A stretch of DNA of 64,000 nt, taken from assembly GCA_964507425.1 (NCBI GenBank), contig CAZDQD010000036.1, forward strand, positions 3,848 through 67,847, in the 5' to 3' direction. The translations under genes were made by a program, and so were the position numbers. A model generated the notes under the pieces. That model was given only the letters and a program-made list of their open reading frames with translations, searched no databases and had not been told where the DNA came from. This DNA is from an uncultured Vicinamibacteraceae bacterium. GTDB taxonomy: Bacteria; Acidobacteriota; Vicinamibacteria; Vicinamibacterales; UBA8438. Shown here piece by piece: positions 63,584 through 64,000 of the stretch (positions within the stretch are counted from its first letter, which is position 1; each line of letters opens with the position of its first letter).

Positions 63584-64000
63584 CTAAACAAGTTTTGTTG
63601 CTGCTGCCCGCAATCGTACGTAGTCGACAACCCAGATGCCTTCAGAGTTTTTGAGTTCTGGCTCGACCATTCGTTGAACCTCTTGAACGAGTTTAGGCCG
63701 TTCAGTGGCCGGAACAGTTAAGAGAATTGGTTTCGCAAAAATATTGAGCCAGTCCACGACGTCCCCAGGGATCGGAGTCGGTCGGGGAAACAGGCTCAAC
63801 AAATCGACGGAAAACCCATTGGCTTCTAAACGTGTTCGGTACTCGTCAGCAGTAGGAAAATACCACGGATTTGAATTATCAGCAGTGATCCCTCTTTTCA
63901 CGAGTGCGTTACTCATCGCCTTGCGTATTGTCGCCACGTTTCCGGCGCCACCAAACTCAACGACAAGGCGACCACCGGGTACTAGAGCTTTGTGTATTTC
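63584..64000 (-). CDS. Class I SAM-dependent methyltransferase, C-terminal part; the 5' end lies beyond the window edge
   Basis: The frame stays open to position 64000 upstream of the track's Met: EIHKALVPGGRLVVEFGGAGNVATIRKAMSN... (post-motif II/III region), then a C-terminal substrate domain. Confidence 0.65.
   Translation of the reverse strand, partial: EIHKALVPGGRLVVEFGGAGNVATIRKAMSNALVKRGITADNSNPWYFPTADEYRTRLEANGFSVDLLSLFPRPTPIPGDVVDWLNIFAKPILLTVPATERPKLVQEVQRMVEPELKNSEGIWVVDYVRLRAAATKLV

Overview
This 64-kb window is a gene-dense bacterial chromosome segment with about 52 protein-coding genes and two tRNAs: tRNA-Gln(CTG) at 12578-12651 and tRNA-Ser(GCT) at 28942-29034, both on the minus strand. 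I found no rRNA, CRISPR array, transposase, integrase or phage gene. All calls come from reading the supplied ORF translations and the DNA by eye. No database search, HMM search or computed statistic was available. Many products carry Sec, lipoprotein or twin-arginine (Tat) signals, so the region is rich in periplasmic redox and hydrolytic enzymes. The gene content (bshA, a CBM9/DUF5916 protein, DUF4920, an M49 peptidase, a rhomboid-TPR fusion) and the common Shine-Dalgarno sites weakly suggest a marine FCB-group or Gemmatimonadota-like organism. That placement is inference only.

Main blocks:
- gltX, truncated at the left edge.
- A DtxR-FeoA fusion with feoB, followed by a cytochrome P460-like gene and an Omp85-like gene.
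- An uncharacterised secreted 'YACHEGN' family present in two copies.
- Two tandem FMN-dependent alpha-hydroxy-acid dehydrogenase homologues. The first has a clear Tat signal and the second only a weak one.
- A visibly more GC-rich segment at about 22.8-28.1 kb. It holds a PQQ dehydrogenase, a TIM-barrel isomerase, an MBL hydrolase and a methyltransferase, plus three gene relics (GMC oxidoreductase, type I hsdM, alpha/beta hydrolase), and lies near tRNA-Ser.
- Eight co-directional genes on the minus strand (43582-30428), beginning with a TetR regulator and RND efflux genes.
- A Tat-exported PaoABC-like molybdenum hydroxylase operon with its own cytochrome b gene.
- Divergent DPP4-like and DPP3-like peptidases.
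- bshA followed by an 885-aa LmbE-family deacetylase.
- An ECF sigma / anti-sigma pair.

The best candidate for an undescribed system is the efflux operon. Its periplasmic adaptor carries a roughly 400-aa C-terminal tail made of a low-complexity linker and two TolB-N-like domains. The same domain heads the CBM9/DUF5916 outer-membrane-type protein encoded just downstream of the pump.
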